A stretch of DNA of 64,000 bases from Alphaproteobacteria bacterium. GTDB taxonomy: Bacteria; Pseudomonadota; Alphaproteobacteria; Rs-D84. The stretch spans positions 2,252 through 66,251 of the forward strand of contig JAFXPG010000014.1 of NCBI GenBank assembly GCA_017528045.1, written 5' to 3'. The notes below the pieces were generated by a model. It saw nothing but the letters and a program-made list of their open reading frames with translations. It was not told the origin of the DNA and searched no databases. Shown here piece by piece: positions 18,859 to 30,700 of the stretch; position 1 is the first letter of the stretch; every line of letters begins with the position of its first letter. A program made the translations under genes and the position numbers.

Positions 18859-19308
18859 ATGACTCATGCAGAAGTGACACAATTAATGGCTGAAAATATG
18901 CGTATTATTGGTCGTTTGTCCAGCAGGTTAAATCCATTATTTGAACAAACAACCAAAAATTCCAGACAACAAATGTCTGTTTTGGTGCGTTTATATTTGG
19001 CTGGAAAAATTAAATTGAAAGATTTTGCAAATCGTGAAGTTATTTCAACAGCTAATTTATGCAGTGTGTTTCGTAAATTAGAATCTGATAAATTGGTTGT
19101 GCGTTCTATTGATTCAAATGATCACCGTGATACTTGGTATGAGGTAACAAAATCTGGTAAAGTTTTGGCTGAAAAATTAATAGACAAATTTATGTTGGAA
19201 TTAGAAAAAATTTGTAAAGTTTTGCCAAAAGAAGATGAAGATGCTTTGGCTGAAACAGTAAGAACTATGAATGGTATTTTGAAAAAAATGGAGTTAGCAA
19301 ATGCGTAA
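18859..19308 (+). CDS. MarR-family transcriptional regulator
   Basis: 149 aa with a winged-helix core (QMSVLVRLY...LKDFANREVISTANLCSVFRKLESDKLVVRSIDSNDHRDTWYEVTKSG). Stop overlaps the TolC-like start. Confidence 0.85.
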   Translation: MTHAEVTQLMAENMRIIGRLSSRLNPLFEQTTKNSRQQMSVLVRLYLAGKIKLKDFANREVISTANLCSVFRKLESDKLVVRSIDSNDHRDTWYEVTKSGKVLAEKLIDKFMLELEKICKVLPKEDEDALAETVRTMNGILKKMELANA

Positions 19309-20611
19309 ATTTTTGTTGTATGTTTTTTGTGTTTTGATGGTTGTACCAAATGCTTTTGCAATGGATTTATCTTTGGATGAAGCTATTGATAAAATTGTTG
19401 CAGAATCTAATGATTTAAAAGCTGCGGATGCTAATGTTACAAAAGCAAAAGCTCAATTAAAATCTGTTAATGCAAATCGTTGGATGTCTATTGATGGAAC
19501 AATGGCATATATGAATTTGTTTGATCCTACAGATCCAACAAATTCCCAAGGTATAAAAATTCCATCAGATATAGGTGCGATATTACAACATTCTCCATTA
19601 CCATTGGGCGAAATTCCTGATAATATATTTTCTGCAGAAATACAAGTTACACAACCAATATATACATTTGGAAAAATAGGAAATGCTGTTGATGCTGTTC
19701 ATGATGCAATAGATATGTCAAAATCCGCAAAAGAATTAACTAAACGCGAAGTTAAATATGCTGCTGCTAATTTGTATTGGACAGCTAAAATGACAGATGA
19801 AATTGTTGCAGCCAGTGAGCGTAATTTGAATAATGCGCGCAGTGCAAAGAAAAAATTGACTGCCGCTGGTCGTGCTAATCGCAGTAATTTGATTAAAATT
19901 GAATCTGATATTGCATCAAAAGAAATAGATTTATCTGATGCACAATTTAATCGTGATACAGCTTACAGAATGTTAAAAATTATGGCTGGTATTGATGAAA
20001 ATGAAGATGTTGTTTTAACAGATAATTTCCCAGATAAATTTGAACCTTTGGAAATAAAAGAATTAAAGTCTAATCCAGAATGGGATATTTATCAAAAACA
20101 AATAAAAATGTATGAATCTAATGCGTCATCAAAACGTTCAGGTGCTTATCCAACATTGGCAGCGGTTGGTTCTTACTCTTATTATTCTATGGGATCATCT
20201 GTTGATAATATGTTTGATAAAGAAGGTGCACAAGGTGCTTATTGGGGGTTGGCTTTGAAAGTCCCTTTGTTTAATGGTGGTTTGCATTCTGCAAATGCTA
20301 CAATTGAAGCGATGAATGCCGAAACTGCACGTCAAGATTTGGATAAATCTAAAAAATTAAAAACAGAAGAATATAATACTGCAGTTAAAAAATATAAACA
20401 TTTATGTGATGATTTGGGCAAATTAAACGAAGCTTATTCTTTGGCACAGAAAGCATATGATGTTTCTGTAAATCGTTTTGCAGCAGGTCAAACATCTGCA
20501 ATTGAATTATCTGATGTGTCCAGTGCTTTATACAGAATGGATATGGCTTTGTTAAATGCAAAATACAATATTGTAATGTCAAAAGAATCTGTTAAAAAAT
20601 TGGGTGAATAA
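19301..20611 (+). CDS. TolC-family outer-membrane efflux protein
   Basis: Signal peptide, LSLDEAIDKIVAESNDLKAA start and two repeated coiled-coil/beta halves typical of the TolC/OEP family. Confidence 0.85.
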   Translation: MRKFLLYVFCVLMVVPNAFAMDLSLDEAIDKIVAESNDLKAADANVTKAKAQLKSVNANRWMSIDGTMAYMNLFDPTDPTNSQGIKIPSDIGAILQHSPLPLGEIPDNIFSAEIQVTQPIYTFGKIGNAVDAVHDAIDMSKSAKELTKREVKYAAANLYWTAKMTDEIVAASERNLNNARSAKKKLTAAGRANRSNLIKIESDIASKEIDLSDAQFNRDTAYRMLKIMAGIDENEDVVLTDNFPDKFEPLEIKELKSNPEWDIYQKQIKMYESNASSKRSGAYPTLAAVGSYSYYSMGSSVDNMFDKEGAQGAYWGLALKVPLFNGGLHSANATIEAMNAETARQDLDKSKKLKTEEYNTAVKKYKHLCDDLGKLNEAYSLAQKAYDVSVNRFAAGQTSAIELSDVSSALYRMDMALLNAKYNIVMSKESVKKLGE

Positions 20612-21233
20612 AATGACTAAGACTGAAAGAATAGAAAATATTGTTAAAAAATTAAAAACACGTAAATCTAAAGGTATAATTTATACAATTGTTATTTTTT
20701 GTGTTGCTGCTTTGTTTGGATACAGATTTTATGCCGTTTCACAAGAAAACAATTTTGAAGTTTTTAATATTATTCGTGACAATATGGAAAACGGTTTACC
20801 TGTTGAAGTTTTAAATATGGAAAAAACAGATGGTGTTTTAATGGAGCCTTTGACTGTGAAAAATAATACAGCATATGTATCTGGTGCTCGTATTAAATAT
20901 TTTAAATCGGGTCAAAAAATGGATAATTGTAAAATTGTTTCTGTATCTTCAGAAATAGATTTAGATTCGGGTATGTATGTTATAAAAACTGATAAGTGTG
21001 TGGATGGTTTACATTATGCAGAAAATAAAAAGAATGGTTTTTATGTTCCTGTATCTGCAATTCGTGGAAATTCTGTATACGTTGTAAATAATGGTGTTGC
21101 ACAAATTCGTGATATAGTTATTGATAATCGTGATGCACAAAATGTTTTGATAAAATCTGGGTTAGAATCTGGAGATATTGTTATTTTATCAAATGTTCAA
21201 AATAATCAAAAAATTAAAATTATAAATAAATAA
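20604..21233 (+). CDS. Unusually short (209 aa) periplasmic adaptor (MFP)-like protein
   Basis: N-terminal TM anchor. The C-terminal YVPVSAIRGNSVYVVNNGVAQIRDIVIDNRDAQNVLIKSGLESGDIVILS matches the beta-barrel/MP-domain end of RND adaptors. There is no obvious alpha-hairpin. Positioned between the TolC and RND genes. Confidence 0.6.
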   Translation: MNKMTKTERIENIVKKLKTRKSKGIIYTIVIFCVAALFGYRFYAVSQENNFEVFNIIRDNMENGLPVEVLNMEKTDGVLMEPLTVKNNTAYVSGARIKYFKSGQKMDNCKIVSVSSEIDLDSGMYVIKTDKCVDGLHYAENKKNGFYVPVSAIRGNSVYVVNNGVAQIRDIVIDNRDAQNVLIKSGLESGDIVILSNVQNNQKIKIINK

Positions 21234-21248
21234 ACAAAGGAAAAAGAA

Positions 21249-24200
21249 ATGTTAAAATTTTTTATTCGCAGACCTGTCACAACAATTATGTTTGTTTTGT
21301 TCTTTGTTATTTTGGGAATAGTTTCTTTCCCAAAAATGAATATAGAAAGAACTCCTTCTGTTGATTTTCCTTATGTTACAGCAACGTTTATTTATCCTGG
21401 GGCATCCAGCGAAGAAATAGAAACACAAGTTGTTAAAAAAGCAGAAAATGCAATGTCTGAAGTTGCAGGTATAAAAAAGATTACATCTCAAGTTTACGAA
21501 AATAGTGCTTTTGTTATTTCTGAATTTAATTTGGGTGTAAATGTTGATGATAAAGCAAACGAAGTTAAAGCAAAAATAGATGGTTTAGCAAATGAATTTC
21601 CAGATGATTTGAAAAAACCGGTAATTGAAAAATTAAATCCTTTGCAAACTTCCGTTTTGGATATAGTTATCAGCGGTGGTAATCCAAGAGATGTTGAAAA
21701 GTATGTATCGGATACATTATCTAATAAAATTACAGCCGTTAAAGGTGTTGCATCTGTGAATACTTTTGGTGGTTTACAACGTGCTGTACGTATTGCGATG
21801 GATCCTGATTTAATGGCTGCACGTGGGGTTACAATAACAGATATTGTTTCTGCTATAGCTACACATAATTTAAATGTTCCTGGGGGAAAGATAGAAACAT
21901 CCATTAATTCTGAAAATGTTCGTTTCGTTGGTGAATTCCAAAACGTTAAAGAAATTGAAAATTTGGAAATAACGACAGTCGAAGGTGAAACTTTTAAACT
22001 TTCTGATGTTGCCAATATACACGATGCTGCGCGTGATATAGAAAAAGGTGCAATACATAATGGTGAAAATGTTGTTATTATGTCTGTTGTTAAAGCAAGT
22101 GACGGTAATGCAATAAAGATATCAAATGCTTTACATAAAAAAATACCAGAATTGGAATCTGATTTAAGAAATCATTTTGCAGATGCAAAAATGGAAATTG
22201 TATCTGATTCTTCTGTCCATATTTCAGAAGATACAAATGATACTATCAACGGTATTATTTTAGGGGTTATATTTACCATTATAGTTTTATTAGCATTTAC
22301 ACGTAATTGGCGTTCTACAATTATTGCTGGTGTTGTGATACCTGCATCTTTGTTATCAGGATTCTTTTTAATGAATGGTTCTGGATTTACAATTAATACA
22401 ATGACTTTGTTGGCTTATGCTACTGCGTTGGGAACGTTGGTATCAAATGCGATTATTTTGATTGAATCTGCATTAACAGAATTACGCGCAGGAAAAACAC
22501 CGGATATAGCAGCAGAAGAAGGAACTAGAAAAGTTGCGGTGCCTGTTTTAGCAGGTGTTGGGACTAATGTTGTTGTGTTCTTGCCTTTGGCGTTTATGGG
22601 GGGAATTGTTGGTCAATTCATGTTGCAATTTGGTATGACAGTTGTTTATTTAACATTGTTATCTTTATTATTTTCTTTTACTTTAACACCAATGATGATT
22701 GCAAAATTATTAAGATTGCCAGCACATAAACAAACAAAACAAGATTTGAAAGAAATTAAAATACATAATGAACAATCTCGTTTGCGCAGTTGGTATGATT
22801 ATCAATTTAAACATCCTTTTATTGTTATTTTGGGTGCTTTAGTTGTTTTAATAATGTCAGCACAATTGATGAAGTTTGTTGGAAATGAATTTTCCCCTTC
22901 TACTGATGCTAATGAAATAACAATTACTGCACGTACACCGATGGGAAGTGTGTATGCAAAAACTGAAGCAATAGCAAAAGAAATAGAAAACAGAATTTCT
23001 AAATTTCCAGAAGTAGAATCTACAACTATCAAAATAGGGGATAGAGGTGTTCAAAATATAAACATTAAGGCAACATTGGTTGATGTTGAAAAACGTGGTA
23101 TATCTGATAAAAAATTAGCACAAAAAATGTTGCCTGTTTTAGCTGATATCAGTGATGCTGAAATTCAAATTCGTGCAGGGGAAAATATCAGTGGGTCTGG
23201 TATCAGTTCAGATATTGTTTTGAATATTTATGGTGAAGATGATGCTAAACGTAATGCTTATGCAAATCAAATTGTGGATATGGTAAATAAAATTGATGCT
23301 GTACAGAGTGCTGTATTAGCACAACAAATTCCTGCAAATGAAATTCGTTTTGTTCCAAACAGTGAAAAGATGAATTTCTGGGGTGTAAAAAATGCTCAAG
23401 CAGGTTCTACATTACGTACATCTTTATTTGGAAATGACAATTATAAATATAAAGAAAAAGGTGATGAATACCCAATGATTTTGGAATTTGATAAACAATT
23501 TAAAAAACAATCTATGTTTGACAGTGTTTATGTAAATTCTCATAAAGGTATGGTGGCTCTTTCTCAATTGGGAAATATAGAAAATGTACCTGCTACATCC
23601 AATATTTATCGTATTAACAAAGAACGTGTTACAGAAATAGATATCAATATAGGTAAATCTACAATTGGACCGGTCCAAGCTGAAATTCAAAAACATTTGG
23701 ATGCAATTAAGTGGGAAAATGGATACAGTGCTTCTTTTGCTGGAATGTCTGAAATTCAAGGTGAATCTACAGCGGAAATTGCACAAGCGTTCTTGTTGGC
23801 TACAATATTAACATTTATGTTATTAGCCGCAATTATGAATTCGTTTATACATCCTTTTACAATTGCAACTTCTATAATAACCAGTTTTGCAGGTGTATTT
23901 GTAGTATTGTTCTTATCTGGGGCTTCTATGAATGTTGGTGCTATGTTAGCTTTTATTATGTTGGTTGGTTTGGTGGTTAATAATAATATTTTGGTATTGG
24001 AACCAACTGTTGTTCGTGTTCAAAAAGGTGAAGATGCAAAAATTGTATTGTGGCAAGAATTAATGGATAAAAAACGTATGATTTGGATGACCACAATTGC
24101 TGTTGTTGCAGGTATGATACCTCAATTATGGGCAAATGATGGACTGAAAGTTGCTATGGGTGCAGTTATGATTGGTGGTATGTGTGCATCTTTGATATGG

Positions 24201-24275
24201 ACTTTCAGTTTAACACCAGCTTTATTCTTTGTAATGGAAAAGTTACGTAAGAAAATATACGGACAAAAACACTAA
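21249..24275 (+). CDS. RND efflux transporter (AcrB/HAE1 family)
   Basis: 1008 aa with an MLKFFIRRPVTT..MF start and a 12-TM / two-large-loop layout typical of AcrB. Confidence 0.95.
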   Translation: MLKFFIRRPVTTIMFVLFFVILGIVSFPKMNIERTPSVDFPYVTATFIYPGASSEEIETQVVKKAENAMSEVAGIKKITSQVYENSAFVISEFNLGVNVDDKANEVKAKIDGLANEFPDDLKKPVIEKLNPLQTSVLDIVISGGNPRDVEKYVSDTLSNKITAVKGVASVNTFGGLQRAVRIAMDPDLMAARGVTITDIVSAIATHNLNVPGGKIETSINSENVRFVGEFQNVKEIENLEITTVEGETFKLSDVANIHDAARDIEKGAIHNGENVVIMSVVKASDGNAIKISNALHKKIPELESDLRNHFADAKMEIVSDSSVHISEDTNDTINGIILGVIFTIIVLLAFTRNWRSTIIAGVVIPASLLSGFFLMNGSGFTINTMTLLAYATALGTLVSNAIILIESALTELRAGKTPDIAAEEGTRKVAVPVLAGVGTNVVVFLPLAFMGGIVGQFMLQFGMTVVYLTLLSLLFSFTLTPMMIAKLLRLPAHKQTKQDLKEIKIHNEQSRLRSWYDYQFKHPFIVILGALVVLIMSAQLMKFVGNEFSPSTDANEITITARTPMGSVYAKTEAIAKEIENRISKFPEVESTTIKIGDRGVQNINIKATLVDVEKRGISDKKLAQKMLPVLADISDAEIQIRAGENISGSGISSDIVLNIYGEDDAKRNAYANQIVDMVNKIDAVQSAVLAQQIPANEIRFVPNSEKMNFWGVKNAQAGSTLRTSLFGNDNYKYKEKGDEYPMILEFDKQFKKQSMFDSVYVNSHKGMVALSQLGNIENVPATSNIYRINKERVTEIDINIGKSTIGPVQAEIQKHLDAIKWENGYSASFAGMSEIQGESTAEIAQAFLLATILTFMLLAAIMNSFIHPFTIATSIITSFAGVFVVLFLSGASMNVGAMLAFIMLVGLVVNNNILVLEPTVVRVQKGEDAKIVLWQELMDKKRMIWMTTIAVVAGMIPQLWANDGLKVAMGAVMIGGMCASLIWTFSLTPALFFVMEKLRKKIYGQKH

Positions 24276-24332
24276 ACTTGATATTTTGAAAATTTGTTCT
24301 ATATTTTAGATGGTGTGTGTAAAAGGAAAAAT

Positions 24333-24989
24333 ATGAAAAAAGAAAATGTTGTTTCTGGAATTAAAACTGCTGCTGTTGTTGCAACGGCCGTGTTGACATT
24401 GAATTCTTGTGGAAATAGAAAAATGTCTGAAAAACAAATGCAAATTGTTGAACAAAAAACAGATAGTGCACAAAGGGTTCATCCAGGATACAAAATGGCA
24501 TCTGGGTTATATGATTTGTGCGAAATTAAAATTAGAGAATATCGTGAATCTAATAGAACTTTGGTTAGAAAAACAGCACAAGGATATATAAAAAGATATA
24601 TTAAAGATATAAATTTACGTAATTTTATGTTAAATTCTATCCAAGATGAAGCTTTAATGCAAAAAGCATTTTTTGAAGATGTTGATTCAGAATTAGACAG
24701 TGTGGAATCTAATACTGTTGATACAATGTCTTATATTCGTAAAAACGAAAGATGGTTTAATGATTTAATGATGTATTTAACATATATGTATGATGAAAGA
24801 CAATTGTTGAACAGTGAATTTTTCAAAGTTTTGAATAATAAAGATTTAAGAGGAATCTTTGAATATAATACACGTAATATTGAAAAATTGAAAGAATATT
24901 CAGATTTTACTGCTGAACGTAAAAATTCAATTCATAACGAAATCCGCAATAAATATGTGGAAGAAGCAAAACATTTAAAAATAAGATAA
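24333..24989 (+). CDS. Putative lipoprotein, hypothetical
   Basis: MKKENVVSGIKTAAVVATAVLTLNSC is lipobox-like. Start taken at the internal ATG. Confidence 0.55.
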   Translation: MKKENVVSGIKTAAVVATAVLTLNSCGNRKMSEKQMQIVEQKTDSAQRVHPGYKMASGLYDLCEIKIREYRESNRTLVRKTAQGYIKRYIKDINLRNFMLNSIQDEALMQKAFFEDVDSELDSVESNTVDTMSYIRKNERWFNDLMMYLTYMYDERQLLNSEFFKVLNNKDLRGIFEYNTRNIEKLKEYSDFTAERKNSIHNEIRNKYVEEAKHLKIR

Positions 24990-24993
24990 TTTC

Positions 24994-25590
24994 ATGTTAC
25001 AAAAAAAAGATATAGTCGTTTTCGATTTTGATGGAACATTGTCAGCCAGTGATTCTAATTATGAATTTTTTAAATATTGTTTTAAACATTCTTTAAGACC
25101 TTGGTTGTTTTTGCCTTGTGTTTTTGTTGGAATGATTGGTTCTTGTGTTGATAAGTCTGGAATATGGTGGCGTGAAATTATACGTAATTTTATTACGCCA
25201 AAAATGGTTAAAGATTATTCTAAAGATGTTATTAAATTACATAAACAAAATCGTTTTGGTTGGGCAAAAGAACAAGTTGCTAAAGAAAAAAATGCAGGTA
25301 ATATCGTTGTTTTGATTTCTGCCAGTACAGATTATTTGATTCCTGGTTTAGTTAAAGATATGAATTTTGATGCTGTATTCTGTTCAAAAATGGATATTGA
25401 CAAGCCTTATAAATATAAATTTTTATGTTGGGGAAAAAATAAAGTTATCGCCTTAGATAACTGGGCCAAAGAAAATAAAATTATTCCAAATGTAGTTCGT
25501 TCCTATTCTGATTCTAAATCTGATATGCCGATGATGGAAATTGCAAAAGAACAAGTTTGGATAGATAAAAAAACTGGTCTCAGAAAATAA
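24994..25590 (+). CDS. HAD-IB family hydrolase
   Basis: VVFDFDGTLSASDS, ISASTDYLI and YSDSKSDMPMM motifs. Confidence 0.75.
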   Translation: MLQKKDIVVFDFDGTLSASDSNYEFFKYCFKHSLRPWLFLPCVFVGMIGSCVDKSGIWWREIIRNFITPKMVKDYSKDVIKLHKQNRFGWAKEQVAKEKNAGNIVVLISASTDYLIPGLVKDMNFDAVFCSKMDIDKPYKYKFLCWGKNKVIALDNWAKENKIIPNVVRSYSDSKSDMPMMEIAKEQVWIDKKTGLRK

Positions 25591-25592
25591 TT

Positions 25593-26798
25593 TTATTTAA
25601 TATACTTTGATACACTTTTTAAAGCTTTTATTAATAAAACGGTCATTAATAAAACAAAAATCAAAGTTACTGTAATTCCAAAATCATCCATTAAAAATTT
25701 TGATATTATAAGTCCAATTGCCCCAAATACAGTTGATACCATCGAACGGGTTGATAATACGGTACCACGTTCATTAGATTTGATACTGTGATGAACCAAT
25801 GTGTTATATTGTAAATTATTTAACATTCTGAAAGATGGTGTAATCGCCATAATTGCACATGCAATATATATTACTGGCATACTGGAAACATGAGTTGCCA
25901 ACAAGCCCATAATTACACCAATGATAATTGTTGCAATTGTGATAATTGAAGTTCGTATCTCTCCAAATTTTTCACATATTTTATATGCATATTTAGATAA
26001 TAATATTGCAAATAATTGATTCATTCCAATATAAAAACCAAACAATTCTACTGGGATATGTGTCGTTTCCATAATTGGTTGTAAAATCCAAAATAATATA
26101 ATTGTAAAAGCACCAAATAATGAAGGAAATAAAATTAAATTACGCAGTCTTGGTGCTTTTAATGTGTTTGTTGTAATTGATATAGCATCTACCAGTGCTT
26201 CTTTATGTTTTACAACACGTTTGATTTCTAATAATTCAGGTAAAAACATTAAAGCGATTATACCAATTAACGCAAATACAGATTCAATCCATAATATGTT
26301 TGCACCGATAAATCCATATAATATTCCGCCCAAAATCATTGCTGTGAATTCTGCAATTCCTGCCCATGTAGTAATATTTCCAAATTCTTTTAAAAATTGT
26401 TTTTGTGTTTTATTACGTTTTAATAAATCATAAGTGTACGCTTCTAAAGTTCCTGAAAATAATGCGCTTGATATACCAAGTAAAGCTTCCCCCGCAACCA
26501 AAGCCCAAAAACCATATGCAATAGCTATTGTCACATATCCAGCCAAAGCAAACATTGCACCAGAAAGCATAACGCGTTTACGACTTAAACAATCACTCAT
26601 ATAGCCTGATGGAATTTCAAATAAAAATGCAGCCAATCTGAATATGCCTTGGATTAAAAAGAAATCACCAACAGTTATCCCTTTTTGAGTATAAACCAAA
26701 ACAATAACTGGAACAACTAACATAAAATTATGACAAAACCATCCAAGTTTTAGCCATTTTAATCCATGTTTTACTGATTTATCCAATTTTTTTTGCAT
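25593..26798 (-). CDS. MFS transporter
   Basis: 401 aa, about 12 TM segments, and the SGYMSDCLSRKRVML loop motif (G....D..GR[KR]). Confidence 0.8.
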   Translation of the reverse strand: MQKKLDKSVKHGLKWLKLGWFCHNFMLVVPVIVLVYTQKGITVGDFFLIQGIFRLAAFLFEIPSGYMSDCLSRKRVMLSGAMFALAGYVTIAIAYGFWALVAGEALLGISSALFSGTLEAYTYDLLKRNKTQKQFLKEFGNITTWAGIAEFTAMILGGILYGFIGANILWIESVFALIGIIALMFLPELLEIKRVVKHKEALVDAISITTNTLKAPRLRNLILFPSLFGAFTIILFWILQPIMETTHIPVELFGFYIGMNQLFAILLSKYAYKICEKFGEIRTSIITIATIIIGVIMGLLATHVSSMPVIYIACAIMAITPSFRMLNNLQYNTLVHHSIKSNERGTVLSTRSMVSTVFGAIGLIISKFLMDDFGITVTLIFVLLMTVLLIKALKSVSKYIK

Positions 26799-26890
26799 AA
26801 TTATTTATGCTATCATAAAATAGGAAACAAATCAATTGCTGAAAAGTAAATAAATGATATATTATTATAAACGGAAAAATGGTGATAAAT

Positions 26891-27718
26891 ATGGCAATAA
26901 TAATGGATGGTATTGAATTAAGAAATCGTATATTAAATGATTTGCAAATACGTACAGAAAATATGGCTATAAAACCCAAATTGATTGCAATTTTAGTTGG
27001 TGATGATATGGCCAGTAAAATTTATGTTCGTAATAAAGAAAAATATGCATCTGTTGCTGGTATAGAAACACAAATTATTCGTATGCCAAATGAAACAGAT
27101 ACAAAAACAATAGTTGAAAAAATTCATGAGTTAAATTCAGATAAATCTGTTTCAGGAATATTGGTTCAATTGCCTTTGCCAAAACATATTGATACACATG
27201 TTGTTTTAAATGCTGTAGATGTCAATAAAGATGTTGATGGTTTTACTGATGCAAATGTTGGAAAAATGTATGGTGCTGGTAAAGAATTTATAACACCATG
27301 TACACCACGTGGAATATTAGCTTTGTTAAATGCGTATGATATAGATATTGCTGGAAAAAATGCTGTCGTTATAGGTCGATCAAATATAGTTGGAAAACCA
27401 ATGGCACAAATGTTAATGATGCAAAATGCTACTGTGACAATTTGTCACAGTAAAACAAAAAATATTTCTGATTTTACACGTAAGGCTGATATAGTTATCG
27501 CAGCAACTGGAAAAATTAAAATAACAGGTGATATGTTAAAAACTGGTTGTGTTTTGATTGATGTTGGTATGCAACGCGATGAAAAAGGTAAGTTATGCGG
27601 TGATGCTGATTTTGATTCATGTTCACAAGTTGCTGGTTTTATAACACCTGTACCTGGTGGTGTTGGCCCAATGACCATTGCAGGTTTGATGATGAATCTT
27701 GTTGATTTAGCACAATAA
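26891..27718 (+). CDS. folD: Bifunctional methylenetetrahydrofolate dehydrogenase/cyclohydrolase
   Basis: ILVGDD.AS..YV..K, GILVQLPLP, VDGF, TPCTP.G, GRSNIVGKP and PVPGGVGPMT motifs. Confidence 0.95.
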   Translation: MAIIMDGIELRNRILNDLQIRTENMAIKPKLIAILVGDDMASKIYVRNKEKYASVAGIETQIIRMPNETDTKTIVEKIHELNSDKSVSGILVQLPLPKHIDTHVVLNAVDVNKDVDGFTDANVGKMYGAGKEFITPCTPRGILALLNAYDIDIAGKNAVVIGRSNIVGKPMAQMLMMQNATVTICHSKTKNISDFTRKADIVIAATGKIKITGDMLKTGCVLIDVGMQRDEKGKLCGDADFDSCSQVAGFITPVPGGVGPMTIAGLMMNLVDLAQ

Positions 27719-27788
27719 CGTATACCTTTACGAATTGAATCACAGGCCTTTTTATGGTATAATTTTACCAACACAAAAGGTCTTTTTT

Positions 27789-30700
27789 ATGCCAGATTTT
27801 ATACCTTATTCAGAAAAACAACAAATATTGCCTGTTGAAGTATGGGAAAGAGAGCGTTGCTTAGATTTAGATTGCCAGACTGCAAAAGTAGCGACAGCAA
27901 CTATGCGTGCCATTGTAAGCCGTCTTTTAAGCATTGATAAAACAGGCAAATGTAATGTAGATGATTTTGAATTCATAGTTTTTGATAATGACCAACCAAA
28001 TGCAGAGTTTGTGTCTGATAAAAAAACATTAAACCATAAAAATGTTATAGCTATAACAACTGGTATCCAAGGTTTATGTAAAAACGAAGATGAATTGGCC
28101 GGAATTTTAGCACATGAACTGGGGCATTATACATATCATAAAATTTATGGTGAAAATAATAATACAGTATTCCAAGAACGTTTTTCTGATTTACATGCTT
28201 TGGATTTAATGATTGCTGCTGGGTATAATCCTGTGGCTTATTCTAATGTTTGTGAAACTATGCGAGGACATTCGTCTTCATCTTTTTTTGATGTTCATGG
28301 ATCAAGCATGGCACGAAAAGAAGATGTAGATGCATATTTAACAAAACTACATAAAGAGCAGGGATTTTTCAAAGTAGGTGCATCAACCGGTCTGTGGGGT
28401 GATTTTTCTAAAATAATAAACAGTCACACGGACGTATATAAATCGTATTTTAGACAATTATTAGAAAATAATTTTCCAGAAATGTCATGGAATCCTTTCT
28501 ATCAGCCTTCGATAAAACGTATTTTTGATTTGATTTTATCTGAAATGAAAAAAGGCAGGTTTACCAATTATCAACGTGTTAAAGATATGGTTGAATATCT
28601 GGAAAAAGAAGCACCTGCAAAGTTAGAAATAAAAAGTACACAAACTTTTTTGGAACAAGTGGTGGATTTCTGTATTCAAAATCCTTCATTTGGAATGATG
28701 TTGCCAATAGATGATTTATGTCGGGCTTTAAAATCAAAATTTCGTGGTGATAAACCGTTTGAGGTGTTCCCGCCAATAGATCAAGAATTTGCCAAGATAG
28801 ATGAATTTAAGACAACCCGTGATCCGGTGCGTGCTGAAGAGTTGGCAAGATATTTAATGAATAGTCACGATAAAATATTTTCAATTTATTCATTAACAGC
28901 CTTTTTTAACAAACAAACACAATTTAAAATGCCGTTACGTGCCATAGCTAAAGGTCACACAATGCCAACAGATTGGTTGTATTCTGTATATAATGAATCT
29001 GTGCGTAGACATGAGCGTTCTGTAATAGTGGATTTAATACAAGCAATTGGTTTTGATTGTGAATATGAATGGATTACTGATAAAACAAAAGGTTTTTATG
29101 CAGATGAATATTCAGGTAAGATTTTAGCAACTGGTAAAAAAGAAGTCGAAAAAGTAAAGGCACAAAGACAACGTCAAAATGAATATCAAAATAAACATGA
29201 ATCGTTTGGTGATTTTATGTGTGCAATAAATTTACTTTATGAATTCAATCAAGGAAATATATCTGCTGGTGATGTGGTAAATCGTTTGGAACAACATGGT
29301 AAAGAACCAGGTCGTCGTGTGTTATACGATATGGATAGTTTTGTTTATTGGCTAGATTCATCTGTTAAATTGATTGATTACAAACATGAAAATACTTTCT
29401 TAAAATCTGAAATACAAGAATTAAATAACAGTAAAGCTTTTGCGGAAATATATATTAAACCTTTCTTGGCAATAATAAGAACAGCTTTGCAACAGGTGGC
29501 TCCAAAATTGGCATCACAAATACAGTTAGATAAACCGCCACACGATAAAACATTGTTAGAATATTTACAATATGTCTTTGTGAAATTTGTTAATTTAAAA
29601 AGAGATTTTCGTGCTTCTAGTGTATTAGAAGAAAAAGTATCTGATGCTTTATACAGTGTCAGTAAAAAAATGGGTTATCAAGATGACGGTGATTATTATA
29701 TGACATGGAATGTCGAACTTGGACCGGTTGTAAGAATTGTAACAGACGTATATATGGAAAAATTGCATTCGCTGATAATGAATTTTGTAAATGCTGCAAT
29801 AAAAGAAAAAGTATATTCTGAATCAAGTGCTGCTAGAATATTATTGTCGCAATTAGATAAATCTAATAGATCTGGAGATTGGCATGATATTTCAGAAAAT
29901 GAAATTATCAACGTTATACAAAATATATTAAAACAACAGGTTATCCCACAATTACAGTCAGATATTGTTGAAAACACTTATATGCATTTGTCCAAAGGAC
30001 AATGGCTTAGCAGTAATTTAACTGAAGAATTGGATGAAGAAATCAAACAAAAAACAGATTTGCACAAAATCCAACGTTTGTTATATGTGTGTGATATGTT
30101 GCCAAATAATGAACAGGAATTGCTAGAAATATTATACAGACCAACTCCGCAATTAAAAAGAGATGGCTATTCTCTAATGGAGGTCAATTTAAAACAGTAT
30201 CTTTTAACGTATTACATACGTAAGAAAATGCCGATAACAAATTTATATTCATTATTGATTGCAATAAAATCTGATAAAGTTGTGAATTTATCGGATAATT
30301 TCATAGAAGAATTTTCTGATTACATAGATTCAAACGGTTTGATGCCAACTGATTTTAAAGGATTGTATGATTTGCATGCTGTTATGCAAAAATTAAACAT
30401 TTTTTCAAAAGAAAAATTTGGCTATGCAAAAATGCTAGATTTATTAATATCGCACATTGAAAAAATGCCACAACCACTTTGTGAAATATATTCTTGGAAT
30501 TTATTGTCTGGTTTTTATTATGGTGATGACAGTGCTTTAAGATATTTAAATCGAAATTCCACAGATATAGGTTCAACTGTGGCCAGACAAAAATTGATAG
30601 AAATATATTCTGATGCTGTTGCCCAGCGTCTGGGACGTGATGATAGCACCCCTGCGTATTTTGCTAAAATTCAAGAATTAACAGAATTTATTAACCAAAA

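Noticed and set aside
21494-22015. 173-aa antisense ORF inside the RND pump gene, and similar antisense ORFs in gyrA, htpX (34642-35223), the 1654-aa gene and the Zn-ribbon gene (38745-39098, 39570-39911)
   Set aside because: They lie wholly within strongly supported genes on the opposite strand, have no motifs, and show composition typical of shadow ORFs in AT-rich DNA.
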